Assembly (NCBI GenBank): GCA_043822305.1
Contig: JBDRBU010000068.1
Span: 1 to 19,461 of the forward strand
Source of the DNA: Candidatus Firestoneibacteriota bacterium
GTDB lineage: Bacteria > Oederibacteriota > D2-FULL-39-29 > JBDRBU01
DNA: 19,461 bases
Direction of reading: 5' to 3'
Shown here: piece by piece, positions 8,877-17,213 of the stretch
Layout: each line of letters starts with the position of its first letter
Numbering within the stretch: the first letter of the stretch is position 1
Position numbers and translations under genes: made by a program
Notes under the pieces: generated by a model
The model's database searches: none
What the model was told of the DNA's origin: nothing
The model's input: only the letters and a program-made list of their open reading frames with translations

Positions 8877-10421
8877 TTACATAAATTTAATATTTAAACC
8901 CAGCAAAATAGATGCTTTTGGTAATATATAACCAGATATGTATTCATATTCCTGATTTAATAAATTCTCTCCTTTAACAAATACAGTTAGCCAGTTTGAA
9001 AAATTCTTACTTATCTTTGTTGACAGCAATAAAGATGGACTTAAACTATTAGAAAGATTTTGTTGATAATACCTTTCGTTAACATAATTTAATTCTATAT
9101 TAAATTCCCAATCTGTTATATCATAGTCACAACCTAATTTTAAAGTATGAGTTGGAAGATAGGTAATAAACTTATGACTATCATCTTTATTTACTCCCTT
9201 AACAAAACGATAATCAAATGTTTGAGAAAACCCGCTAAATATCTTCCATTCTTCTTTAAAATTAAATCCTATGAAAAAAACCTTGGGTATATTAACTGGT
9301 ATCCCCATCCCATTTGAACTCTCTAAAGAGATAAAATCATCTATATCTTTTTTGTAAATCTCAAACCTGATTGGTATTTCTTTGTTTAACTTATGCTCAA
9401 CACCGGTTAAGATTGAAAACCAGGTATTTTCTGGCTGTAAATTTTTATTAACATTTATAATACTATTTTCGTATAACTCTTTAAAAACCGGGCAGGTTAA
9501 TCTTGGTGTCCACTCAACATATAAATTCGTGAAATTATCAAGTTCATATACCATCTTCCCCAGAAGATTAAATCTATCTTTATCATATCTTATACCCAGA
9601 GTAAAATTAAACTGGTCAATTTTAAATTTATCTTCAAGTAAAGTAAAAAAAATTGTTTCATATATGCTATCTTTTCTTATTTTTAAATTTAACTTCGATA
9701 AATGTTTTTCATTGCTAATCATAATCTCAAAGTTAGCCCCAATATCTGCTACATAACTATCATCTTTATAATTAAATCCATTTAAATCTGAATGGTTATA
9801 TGAAAGACCTGATGATATACTGTAATTATCATTTAAAGCAGAGGAACCTCTTAAACTTATCCCATAAAAATATTTTTGATAATCAATGGAAGTAAGAGCA
9901 GCTGGCTGATAAAGGATTTCATTATCATAATTCAGCGAAAAACCTACTTCGGCTATCTTTTCAAATGTGTAGTTCGCCTCACTAGAAATATAAAAATTAT
10001 TATACCCACTATAAGAACTAAAATAATCTTTCTTGTCTTTTATAGTACTAATTAAATAATTAAAACTATCCATTTTTTGACCAAAAATTAATTTTCCATA
10101 AAAATTAGAATAAGTACCATAATAAGTAGTTATTTCTCCGAAGTTGTTTTTACCTGTAACTTTTTCCTCTAAACTTGGTGTTTTCTTCTCAGAAGATAAA
10201 TATGGTCCTTTTATAAATTCTAATTCCATCAATGGAGTTTCTTTTGGCGGAATTGGATAATTTTCCGGAAGGAGTTCTTTCTTTTCAACACCTACTTTAA
10301 TCTCGCTCTCACCAGTAATAATAACATCAGGTAAAACAAAAACAGGTTCTTTTTCCTTTTTATATTCTTGTGAATATACAATTTGAGTAAGCACTAAAAA
10401 TATTATTACTAAAAATCTCAT
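8877..10421 (-). CDS. Outer-membrane beta-barrel protein, TonB-dependent-receptor-like
   Basis: Signal peptide, TonB-box-like LPDVIITG, alternating aromatic beta-strands, and a TBDR-like C-terminus VFVKGENLLNQEY...G.......LGLNIKF. Start overlaps the TPR gene stop (ATGA). Confidence 0.7.
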   Translation of the reverse strand: MRFLVIIFLVLTQIVYSQEYKKEKEPVFVLPDVIITGESEIKVGVEKKELLPENYPIPPKETPLMELEFIKGPYLSSEKKTPSLEEKVTGKNNFGEITTYYGTYSNFYGKLIFGQKMDSFNYLISTIKDKKDYFSSYSGYNNFYISSEANYTFEKIAEVGFSLNYDNEILYQPAALTSIDYQKYFYGISLRGSSALNDNYSISSGLSYNHSDLNGFNYKDDSYVADIGANFEIMISNEKHLSKLNLKIRKDSIYETIFFTLLEDKFKIDQFNFTLGIRYDKDRFNLLGKMVYELDNFTNLYVEWTPRLTCPVFKELYENSIINVNKNLQPENTWFSILTGVEHKLNKEIPIRFEIYKKDIDDFISLESSNGMGIPVNIPKVFFIGFNFKEEWKIFSGFSQTFDYRFVKGVNKDDSHKFITYLPTHTLKLGCDYDITDWEFNIELNYVNERYYQQNLSNSLSPSLLLSTKISKNFSNWLTVFVKGENLLNQEYEYISGYILPKASILLGLNIKFM

Positions 10422-13294
10422 TTATCCTCCATGGCTTTTAATCTTTTCTTGGCAGATTCTTTCCAATCATTATTAGGGCTTTCTTTTATAATTTCTTTGT
10501 AAATTGCTTTTGCTTCTTTAAATTTTCCTAATCTTTCGTAACATTCAGCTGTCCTTGCTTTCGTTGTCATCTTCCATATATCAGTTGCATCAGGTAGACC
10601 AAATACCTTTGTATATTCTTGTATTGCTTTTTCAAAATCTCCTGAATTATAATAACAGCTTCCTATCCAGTACTGAGATTCTACCGCTTTATCAGTAAAA
10701 TTATCCACAACAAATCTATAAGATTTTATTGCTAACTCAAAATTTTTTATTTCCTCGTAAATAGTTCCAGACTCTAAACTAGCTTCTTTTGCTAAATTAC
10801 TTCTGGGAAAGTTAGTAATTACATATTGAAATTGTTTTATGGCCTCATCGTATTTTTTTATTTTTTTTAAAGAAAGTCCAGCGTTGTAAGAGCTTGAAAT
10901 CACATATTCACTTACCGGATATTTATTAATTACTTCATTATATTCACTGGCAGCATCTTCATATCTTTCTAATAAAAAATAAATATTAGCAATTTTAAAT
11001 TGTGCTTTTGGTGCCAAATTTGACTTTTGAAATTTATCTATTAAAATTCTAAAGCTTTCTACTGCTCTTCCATATTCTTTAAGATTTAAAAAAGATTCCC
11101 CTTTGTTAAAAAAAGCATTTGGGATTAAATTCGAATTAGGAAAATCATTTATAAACTTATCATATTCATAACTAGCTTCTTTAAAATTTTTATTATTATA
11201 ATAATAATCCGCTATTTTAAATTGAACCTCTGTAGAGAATTCTTCTTTTGGAAACTTCTTTAAAAACTTCTTTGATATCTCTATTGATTCATTATTTCTT
11301 CCTAGTCTTGAATAACTCCAGGAAAGTCCATATAAAGCATCTCTCTCATACTTGGTATCACTAAATGAATTAATAACCTCCTGATAATGTTCTATCGCTT
11401 TCTCATATTCTTTAAGATTATAATAACTATCTCCTATTTTAAGTATTGAATCTGCTATTAGATTACTATTAGGAAAACTACTTTTAAGTTTTTTAAAGTT
11501 TTCAATAGCTTTTAAGAAATCTTCTTGTCTAAAATAAGAGATTCCTATCCAGTAAGCACTCTCAGGAGTATTTAGTTGTGACCAAAAACTTATAGCCTTG
11601 TTGAAATCGTTCAAATTATAATAACACCAACCTGTCTGATATATTGATTTTTCCCCAGCCTCAGTTGTACTAAATTTTTCTATTACTTTTTTATAAGATT
11701 TTATTGCAGAATCATAATCCTTAAGATTATAAAAACAATTACCTGTCATATAGTTTATTTCAGAAAAATATTCTTCTTTTTTATCCAAATCTATAACTTT
11801 TTTAAATTCTAAAAGTGCAGTTGTAAACTTTTTTTCTTGAAAGAAACAGTACGCAATTCCTATTTGTGAAACGACAACAACGGATGAAGCACTAAAGTTT
11901 GTTAAAACTTTTTCATAAGAATCAAATGCTTTTGCATAATCCTTCATGGCAAAATAAACATCTCCTAATCTATACTGTGTTTCTGCGGCCCACTCGCTGT
12001 TCGGGTATTTTTCAAGTAATTTTTTAAAATTTTCTCCGGCATATGGCAAATGTTTTAATTTATAGTCACACCAACCTACCCAGTATAAAGCATCATCTGC
12101 AAATTCACTGGTAGGAAATTCATTATAAATTTTAATATATACACTTTTAGCATCCTCAAACCGGCCAAGACTATAGTAACTATTACCAGACAAATATAAG
12201 GAATAAATTTTTAAAAGTGCAGGAGCATCTTCTTTAATAACATTATTTAATTTTTTTATTGAATCCCAGAATTTTTTTTGCTTAAAATAACACCACCCTA
12301 AAGCATATTCTACCCTTAACCCCAATTCCTTTGAAATTTCGGAATTTTGACTGATCTCTTTAAGAATATTGCCTGCCGAAGAATAGTTAGATATATTGAT
12401 ATGCGCTAGACCCAGCCAATATTTAACTTCGTTTCTCAAAATACTTTCAGGATAAGCCTTGAGAAAGATATTAAACGCATCTAAGGCTGACTTAGAATCT
12501 CCTAATTTATAAAAACATTCTCCTATCCTGTAAGAAGCTGCATCACTGTATTTATGAGTTGGTGCTTTTTTTAAAAATTCCTCAAAAGAAATAATTGCCT
12601 CACTGTATTTACCTGCCAGATATAATGATTCTGACTTCCAAAATATCGCACTAATTAAAAGAGTACTTTTGGGTGTTTTTAAAATTAAATCGCTAAAACT
12701 TTTAGCAGAAGATTCAAATTTATTTAGTTTAAAATATGACCAACCTAAAGAATAGCATGAATAGTCCAACAATTTATAGTTTGGAAAACTTGTGATTATA
12801 TTTTCATAAACATTACTTGCCTGATCATAATTACCCAGATTAAAATAAGATTCAGAGACCCAAAATAGTGCATCAGCATACAAATAACTTTCAAGCGATA
12901 ATAATTCAAACCATTTTATGGCATTCTCATAATTTTTTAATCTATAGTAACATTCTCCTATCCTGTATAAAACAGTATCTTTGTATTCTAAAGAAGTGTA
13001 TCTATTTATAATATTCTCATATTCTTTAATTGCTTTCTCGTAATCTCCTTGCTTGTATAAACATTCTACGATCATGAAACTAGAATCTACAGCTTCTTTA
13101 CTTTCAGGATATGTTAAAATCACTTTTTTAAATTGTTCTAGAGCAAATTGATAATTTTTATCCTTATAAAGATTGTCTCCAAATTTATATAAATCAGAAG
13201 AAGTATCGTAAGCAAATAAAAAAACCGGCAAGAAAAGAAGAAATAGTAGGGTCGAAATGGGGACACATCCCATTTTCCAATTCACTTTTTTCAC
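10418..13294 (-). CDS. Large secreted tetratricopeptide-repeat protein (YbgF/CpoB- or BamD-like repeats, roughly two dozen units)
   Basis: Recurrent ~37-aa units A.Y.IG.CYY....Y..A...F......YP.S; signal peptide ending FLFA. The GTG at 13294 (MKKVNWK...) follows GAGG and is preferred over 13309; the ATG at 13273 is also possible. Confidence 0.9.
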   Translation of the reverse strand: MKKVNWKMGCVPISTLLFLLFLPVFLFAYDTSSDLYKFGDNLYKDKNYQFALEQFKKVILTYPESKEAVDSSFMIVECLYKQGDYEKAIKEYENIINRYTSLEYKDTVLYRIGECYYRLKNYENAIKWFELLSLESYLYADALFWVSESYFNLGNYDQASNVYENIITSFPNYKLLDYSCYSLGWSYFKLNKFESSAKSFSDLILKTPKSTLLISAIFWKSESLYLAGKYSEAIISFEEFLKKAPTHKYSDAASYRIGECFYKLGDSKSALDAFNIFLKAYPESILRNEVKYWLGLAHINISNYSSAGNILKEISQNSEISKELGLRVEYALGWCYFKQKKFWDSIKKLNNVIKEDAPALLKIYSLYLSGNSYYSLGRFEDAKSVYIKIYNEFPTSEFADDALYWVGWCDYKLKHLPYAGENFKKLLEKYPNSEWAAETQYRLGDVYFAMKDYAKAFDSYEKVLTNFSASSVVVVSQIGIAYCFFQEKKFTTALLEFKKVIDLDKKEEYFSEINYMTGNCFYNLKDYDSAIKSYKKVIEKFSTTEAGEKSIYQTGWCYYNLNDFNKAISFWSQLNTPESAYWIGISYFRQEDFLKAIENFKKLKSSFPNSNLIADSILKIGDSYYNLKEYEKAIEHYQEVINSFSDTKYERDALYGLSWSYSRLGRNNESIEISKKFLKKFPKEEFSTEVQFKIADYYYNNKNFKEASYEYDKFINDFPNSNLIPNAFFNKGESFLNLKEYGRAVESFRILIDKFQKSNLAPKAQFKIANIYFLLERYEDAASEYNEVINKYPVSEYVISSSYNAGLSLKKIKKYDEAIKQFQYVITNFPRSNLAKEASLESGTIYEEIKNFELAIKSYRFVVDNFTDKAVESQYWIGSCYYNSGDFEKAIQEYTKVFGLPDATDIWKMTTKARTAECYERLGKFKEAKAIYKEIIKESPNNDWKESAKKRLKAMEDK
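13254..13277. repeat. GGGACACA-core palindromic repeat in the signal-peptide coding region
   Basis: GAAATGGGGACACATCCCATTTTC forms a near-perfect hairpin and shares 17 identical bp with 7046-7062. Confidence 0.8.
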
Positions 13295-13376
13295 CAAAAT
13301 AATCCTCACTTCTCGACTAAGACGAGTACATTAAACAGCATCTAAAGATGCTTAACTACATGCTTAACTATAGTCT

Positions 13377-13405
13377 AATATAACATAATTTTTGGGTGTT
13401 ATCAA
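13377..13405 (-). promoter_or_regulatory. Putative sigma70 promoter of the TPR-barrel-exbBD-tonB-spoIID operon
   Basis: Minus strand: TTGATA (13405-13400), 17-bp spacer, extended -10 TGtTATATT (hexamer 13382-13377). Confidence 0.6.
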
Positions 13406-14094
13406 GAATTTTTTTTAATGCGTATTTGTTTCTTATGCTCTATATTATTTTTTCGACAATAATCTACTACTTTTTCAACCACTTCTTCGGGTTTATCTAC
13501 TAGACTAAATATTTTTAAATCTTCTTTATCTATATAACCTCTTGTTATCATTTTTTTATTTAGCCAATCAATAAGTCCTGTCCAGTAATTTCTGTCAACT
13601 AAAATAACCGGGAAAGGATTTATTTTTTTTGTTTGTATCAATGTTATTGACTCAAAAAATTCATCCATAGTTCCAAACCCACCAGGCAGTATCACAAATG
13701 CTGTCGCATATTTCACAAACATAACCTTTCTGGCAAAGAAATATCTAAAACTTAAATATTTAGTTAAATATGGATTAGGCTTTTGTTCAAGTGGAATTTC
13801 TATATTCAATCCAACAGATTTACCCTTTCCTTCATAAGCACCTTTATTGGCTGCTTCCATTAAGCCAGGACCACCTCCTGTTATTACAGTAAAACCTTCT
13901 TTAACTAAGAGTCTACCAATCTCTTCTGCTACTTTATAAAACTTATCTTTCGGCTTAAGGCGAGCAGAACCAAATATCGAAACAGCAGGAGTAATTTTTG
14001 AAAGTTCATCAAATCCTTCCACAAACTCTGCCATTATTCTAAAGACTCTCCAGTTATCCTCTGTGGTAAAATTTCCTATATTCTTTTTTTGCAT
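13402..14094 (-). CDS. LOG family (TIGR00730) nucleotide phosphoribohydrolase
   Basis: WRVFRIMAEFVEGF, VSIFGSAR, TGGGPGLMEAANKGA, FRYFFARKVMF, PGGFGTMDE. Start placed at the ATG at 14094, which follows GGAGG. Confidence 0.93.
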   Translation of the reverse strand: MQKKNIGNFTTEDNWRVFRIMAEFVEGFDELSKITPAVSIFGSARLKPKDKFYKVAEEIGRLLVKEGFTVITGGGPGLMEAANKGAYEGKGKSVGLNIEIPLEQKPNPYLTKYLSFRYFFARKVMFVKYATAFVILPGGFGTMDEFFESITLIQTKKINPFPVILVDRNYWTGLIDWLNKKMITRGYIDKEDLKIFSLVDKPEEVVEKVVDYCRKNNIEHKKQIRIKKNS

Positions 14095-14214
14095 TTTTAC
14101 CTCCATTCTTAAACTTTTTCTAATGACTAAAAATAGAATTTTGATCCACACCCCAGAAAGCCATCCTGCTTAAAGTTGTAGATCTTCACTTATTAGTAAC
14201 TTGTTTATCTGGGA

Positions 14215-14320
14215 GTGCCAAGAATACCCCGTCTCTTGAGACGGGGATGAATTGGCACCATAAATAATATATTTTCCTTGCAGAGAAGATACCCCGCCAT
14301 TTATGGTGGGGGAGATTCAT
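14215..14320 (+). mobile_element. Gene-less IS200/IS605-type remnant (left-end and right-end hairpins; MITE/PATE-like)
   Basis: Hairpin CCCCGTCTC-TT-GAGACGGGG is enclosed by GTGCCAA/TTGGCAC. A second hairpin CCCCGCCAT-TT-ATGGTGGGG is followed by GAGATTCAT. Both start within ATACCCCG. They resemble IS605-group subterminal palindromes. Confidence 0.6.
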
Positions 14321-14546
14321 AATTAGTTACTTCTATTATTTTTTCATTTTTTTGTTTTTTGAATGTTTTTTTCATCATCCTTGGTAAAAGTATCAGACCT
14401 ATTGGAAGCAAAACAGCACCTATAACCATTGCAATAAAAAAAGCAAATATCAGAATCGGTATAGCAATTATTGTAAACAATAAAAGTATCCATTTTGTCT
14501 CTAAGTTATTAGGCATATCACTTCTAAAAAAAACCATTTTCTTCAT
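14301..14546 (-). CDS. Small hypothetical membrane protein
   Basis: 81 aa with a long hydrophobic segment and a basic tail ending IIEV..YE. Starts 1 nt after the upstream stop codon. Confidence 0.7.
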   Translation of the reverse strand: MKKMVFFRSDMPNNLETKWILLLFTIIAIPILIFAFFIAMVIGAVLLPIGLILLPRMMKKTFKKQKNEKIIEVTNYESPPP

Positions 14547-14547
14547 T

Positions 14548-15123
14548 TCATTTTACAACCTTAATTGAAAAATCCTTGTAATAAGCAATTGATGGAGATA
14601 AAAAATCTCCGAAGATCCGCAGCCCAACCTTTCCTTCGGATAAATTTTCATCTTCAACAGATAAGACAAAATTATCATTTGAATAAATATCAATCTTTTT
14701 CCCTTCTGTTATTATTTTTATTTTTATCCAAGTCTTTAAAGGAACATACTGTTCCGCTCCGGCGAAATAAGTCTCTCTCCCTTTTATTCTCTTTATTAAA
14801 AGTAAACTCCCCTGAATGTCCTTGTTTATTTTTGGACTAAAGACCAAGATATACGAATTATTTTTATCTAAAGTTCTAAAAGCAATACTTCCTTCTCTAT
14901 TTTCTACATTAATCTTGCATTCTAAAATAAAGTCTTTAAAAACTTTATCCTTTAAAAACAATAAACCATCGCCACCAGATACAGACCCTTTTAATGTATC
15001 ATTTATGGCTACCCAATCACCTGAGATTTTTTCCCATTTATCAAAATCTAATGCATTAAAATTTTCAACAAATTCAAAAGTCTCGCCTAATAAAAGGCTA
15101 ACGCAAAGCAATAACAGTTTCAT
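14548..15123 (-). CDS. Secreted DUF1080 / concanavalin-A-like beta-sandwich protein
   Basis: Signal peptide; W....G.W......L, F.DF.LE..I, IAFR..D..N.Y, W..IKI...G..I.IY, G.VGL pattern. Start overlaps the upstream stop (ATGA). Confidence 0.7.
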   Translation of the reverse strand: MKLLLLCVSLLLGETFEFVENFNALDFDKWEKISGDWVAINDTLKGSVSGGDGLLFLKDKVFKDFILECKINVENREGSIAFRTLDKNNSYILVFSPKINKDIQGSLLLIKRIKGRETYFAGAEQYVPLKTWIKIKIITEGKKIDIYSNDNFVLSVEDENLSEGKVGLRIFGDFLSPSIAYYKDFSIKVVK

Positions 15124-16202
15124 TCTTTTTTCCTTATATATAATGGATTAGTCCATGCTTTTCTAAAATCTTTTGAAAAACATTCTGCCCTATAGTATGA
15201 ATTTAATCCATTAAATTTATCGTTTATATTTATTTTAAAAACTTTTTCGTCATTTAGTTTATACTCTTTAAATATCCTGCCGTTTTTTATTAACCAGACT
15301 AAACTTAATCCAAAACTATCCACACAGGTTAAATTTATTTTTATTTTGTTTTTATTTTTTAAATATATCTTATCTCCCATTAAATACTTTCCACTTTTTA
15401 AAACTATAACAGGAGCATCTGAAACAAATGCTTTTCCATTTTTTACAGCATTTATTATATCTTTTTTATTTAATCTATTACAAACTACTCCATTCCATAT
15501 ATCTCCTATACTTTGTGATGAATGTGCATCTGAATTACCCAAGGCTATAACCTCTTTTCCTTGTGATAAAAACTTATCCCAAAGTTTTATGGACATTTCA
15601 TCAGTAATATCATAACAATCAAAAATATTATTTGCACCATTTACTATTTCCATTATAAACTTATTACCGAGATTATTTAAAGAATTTATTTGTTTATCTG
15701 TATATCTTTCTGATGGAAACCAACCTGTTGGATGAGGGATAAAGGCAAAACCACCCAGATTTTCTATTTTTTTGTAATCTTTAACAAAATCTCCTGTTGG
15801 TTTAAAAGTATTTTTTAAACCTATAATACCTAAATGATGAAAACCACTACCGGGTTCCTGACCCCACCATATGTTTTTAAATTTTTCACAATCTCTTTTT
15901 TGTCTTATAGTAGAATGGTCGGTAACAAAAGCAAAATCCAATCCAGATACATCTACATACTGCTTAATTTCAGCAACTGAACCTATACCATCACTATAAG
16001 TAGAGTGAATATGAAAGTCCCCTCTACAAATTTTGGTTTTAATTAATCTTAAACTTTCATCAATTCTTTTATGCATTATATTTTTTTGTAATATTATTGT
16101 CTTATTTAAGTAATGGATATACTTCTTGGTATCTTTAGGCTTAGCAATAATATTATTTATAATTCTGACTAATTTTCTATCTAACTTTATTTGCAATTTC
16201 AT
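15120..16202 (-). CDS. PHP-domain (CehA/McbA-like) metallohydrolase
   Basis: GDFHIHSTYSDG, VTDH, GQE, HHLG, HP, E..NG, GNSDAH and C-terminal YYRAE...AWTNP. AGGAGG directly abuts the ATG, so the true start may be the TTG at 16196. Confidence 0.85.
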   Translation of the reverse strand: MKLQIKLDRKLVRIINNIIAKPKDTKKYIHYLNKTIILQKNIMHKRIDESLRLIKTKICRGDFHIHSTYSDGIGSVAEIKQYVDVSGLDFAFVTDHSTIRQKRDCEKFKNIWWGQEPGSGFHHLGIIGLKNTFKPTGDFVKDYKKIENLGGFAFIPHPTGWFPSERYTDKQINSLNNLGNKFIMEIVNGANNIFDCYDITDEMSIKLWDKFLSQGKEVIALGNSDAHSSQSIGDIWNGVVCNRLNKKDIINAVKNGKAFVSDAPVIVLKSGKYLMGDKIYLKNKNKIKINLTCVDSFGLSLVWLIKNGRIFKEYKLNDEKVFKININDKFNGLNSYYRAECFSKDFRKAWTNPLYIRKKE

Positions 16203-16214
16203 CCTCCTTAGAAT

Positions 16215-17213
16215 CTATATTACAATTAATTCAAAAGACTCTTCAACTTTTTGTTTTATTTTGGTAATATCGTATTTTACATCCTGACCGATATGTTTTA
16301 TTATACTACTTTTTAATCTTTTTTTAAAATCATTTTTTCTTAAATCTAAACATTCTGTTTTCAAAAAACCACAAAAATTCTTTACTTTCTCGTCGCAATT
16401 TATTCCAATAAATGGAATATTAAAAACCGAGGCTAATATTAAACTATGGTATCTAGCACCAATAACCATATCTAAAGAAGATATCTTTAATATTAATTTT
16501 TTCATATCTGGCAGAACGATCACTCTGCCAGGCAAAATATTATCTTCTGGTGGTTGAAAAGGAAAAGAAATAAATTCAATTTTTTTTAATTTACTTAAAT
16601 CATCGCAAACTTCTTTAATCTCTTTTGCAAAAAATTTATAGTTTTTAAATTTTCTTAACATAACACCTAGGGTAAAATAACGATGTGTTTTTCTTTCATA
16701 CCCAGAAAAATCCAATGAAAACACAGCATCCCCAGTTACAATCATTTTTTTACTTACTCCAATTTTTTTTAACTCGGCTGCAGATTCCATATCTCTTAAG
16801 GTTATAACCTCAACCTTTTTTAATATTTTTTTGGTTAACCATCGATTTAATGAAAAATTTATTGGACCAATACCCAGAGAGAATAAAACTACTTTTTTAT
16901 TTAATATTTTTCCAATAAAAATTAATCCCAGATAATACCAAATACTTTTTTTACTCGTTTTGTCCTGAAGTAATCCTCCTGCTCCCAGTAAAATTTCACT
17001 ACTAAAAATTTCTTTCACTAATTCAAAAACATTATTTCTTTTCACTGCTTTAACTTTAAACTCGTTCGATGTTTTTTCAGGATTAGCCGAAAGAACTGAA
17101 ATACGAGCATTATCTTTTAAATGATTTACCAAAGAAAGAAGTATTAACTCATCTCCAGTATTACCAAATCCAAAATAACCAAATATTAAGATTTTCTTGC
17201 GATTTTCTGACAT
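16215..17213 (-). CDS. csaB: Polysaccharide pyruvyl transferase CsaB
   Basis: GYFGFGNTGDE, GGLLQDKTS..SI.YY, GIGP, LRD..S, D.VF, RYHSLI.A; adjacent to a DUF5693-like gene. Confidence 0.88.
   Translation of the reverse strand: MSENRKKILIFGYFGFGNTGDELILLSLVNHLKDNARISVLSANPEKTSNEFKVKAVKRNNVFELVKEIFSSEILLGAGGLLQDKTSKKSIWYYLGLIFIGKILNKKVVLFSLGIGPINFSLNRWLTKKILKKVEVITLRDMESAAELKKIGVSKKMIVTGDAVFSLDFSGYERKTHRYFTLGVMLRKFKNYKFFAKEIKEVCDDLSKLKKIEFISFPFQPPEDNILPGRVIVLPDMKKLILKISSLDMVIGARYHSLILASVFNIPFIGINCDEKVKNFCGFLKTECLDLRKNDFKKRLKSSIIKHIGQDVKYDITKIKQKVEESFELIVI

Noticed and set aside
14227..14311. Rho-independent terminators
   Set aside because: The stems are strong but lack a convincing U-tract on either strand; the paired layout fits IS200/IS605 ends better.
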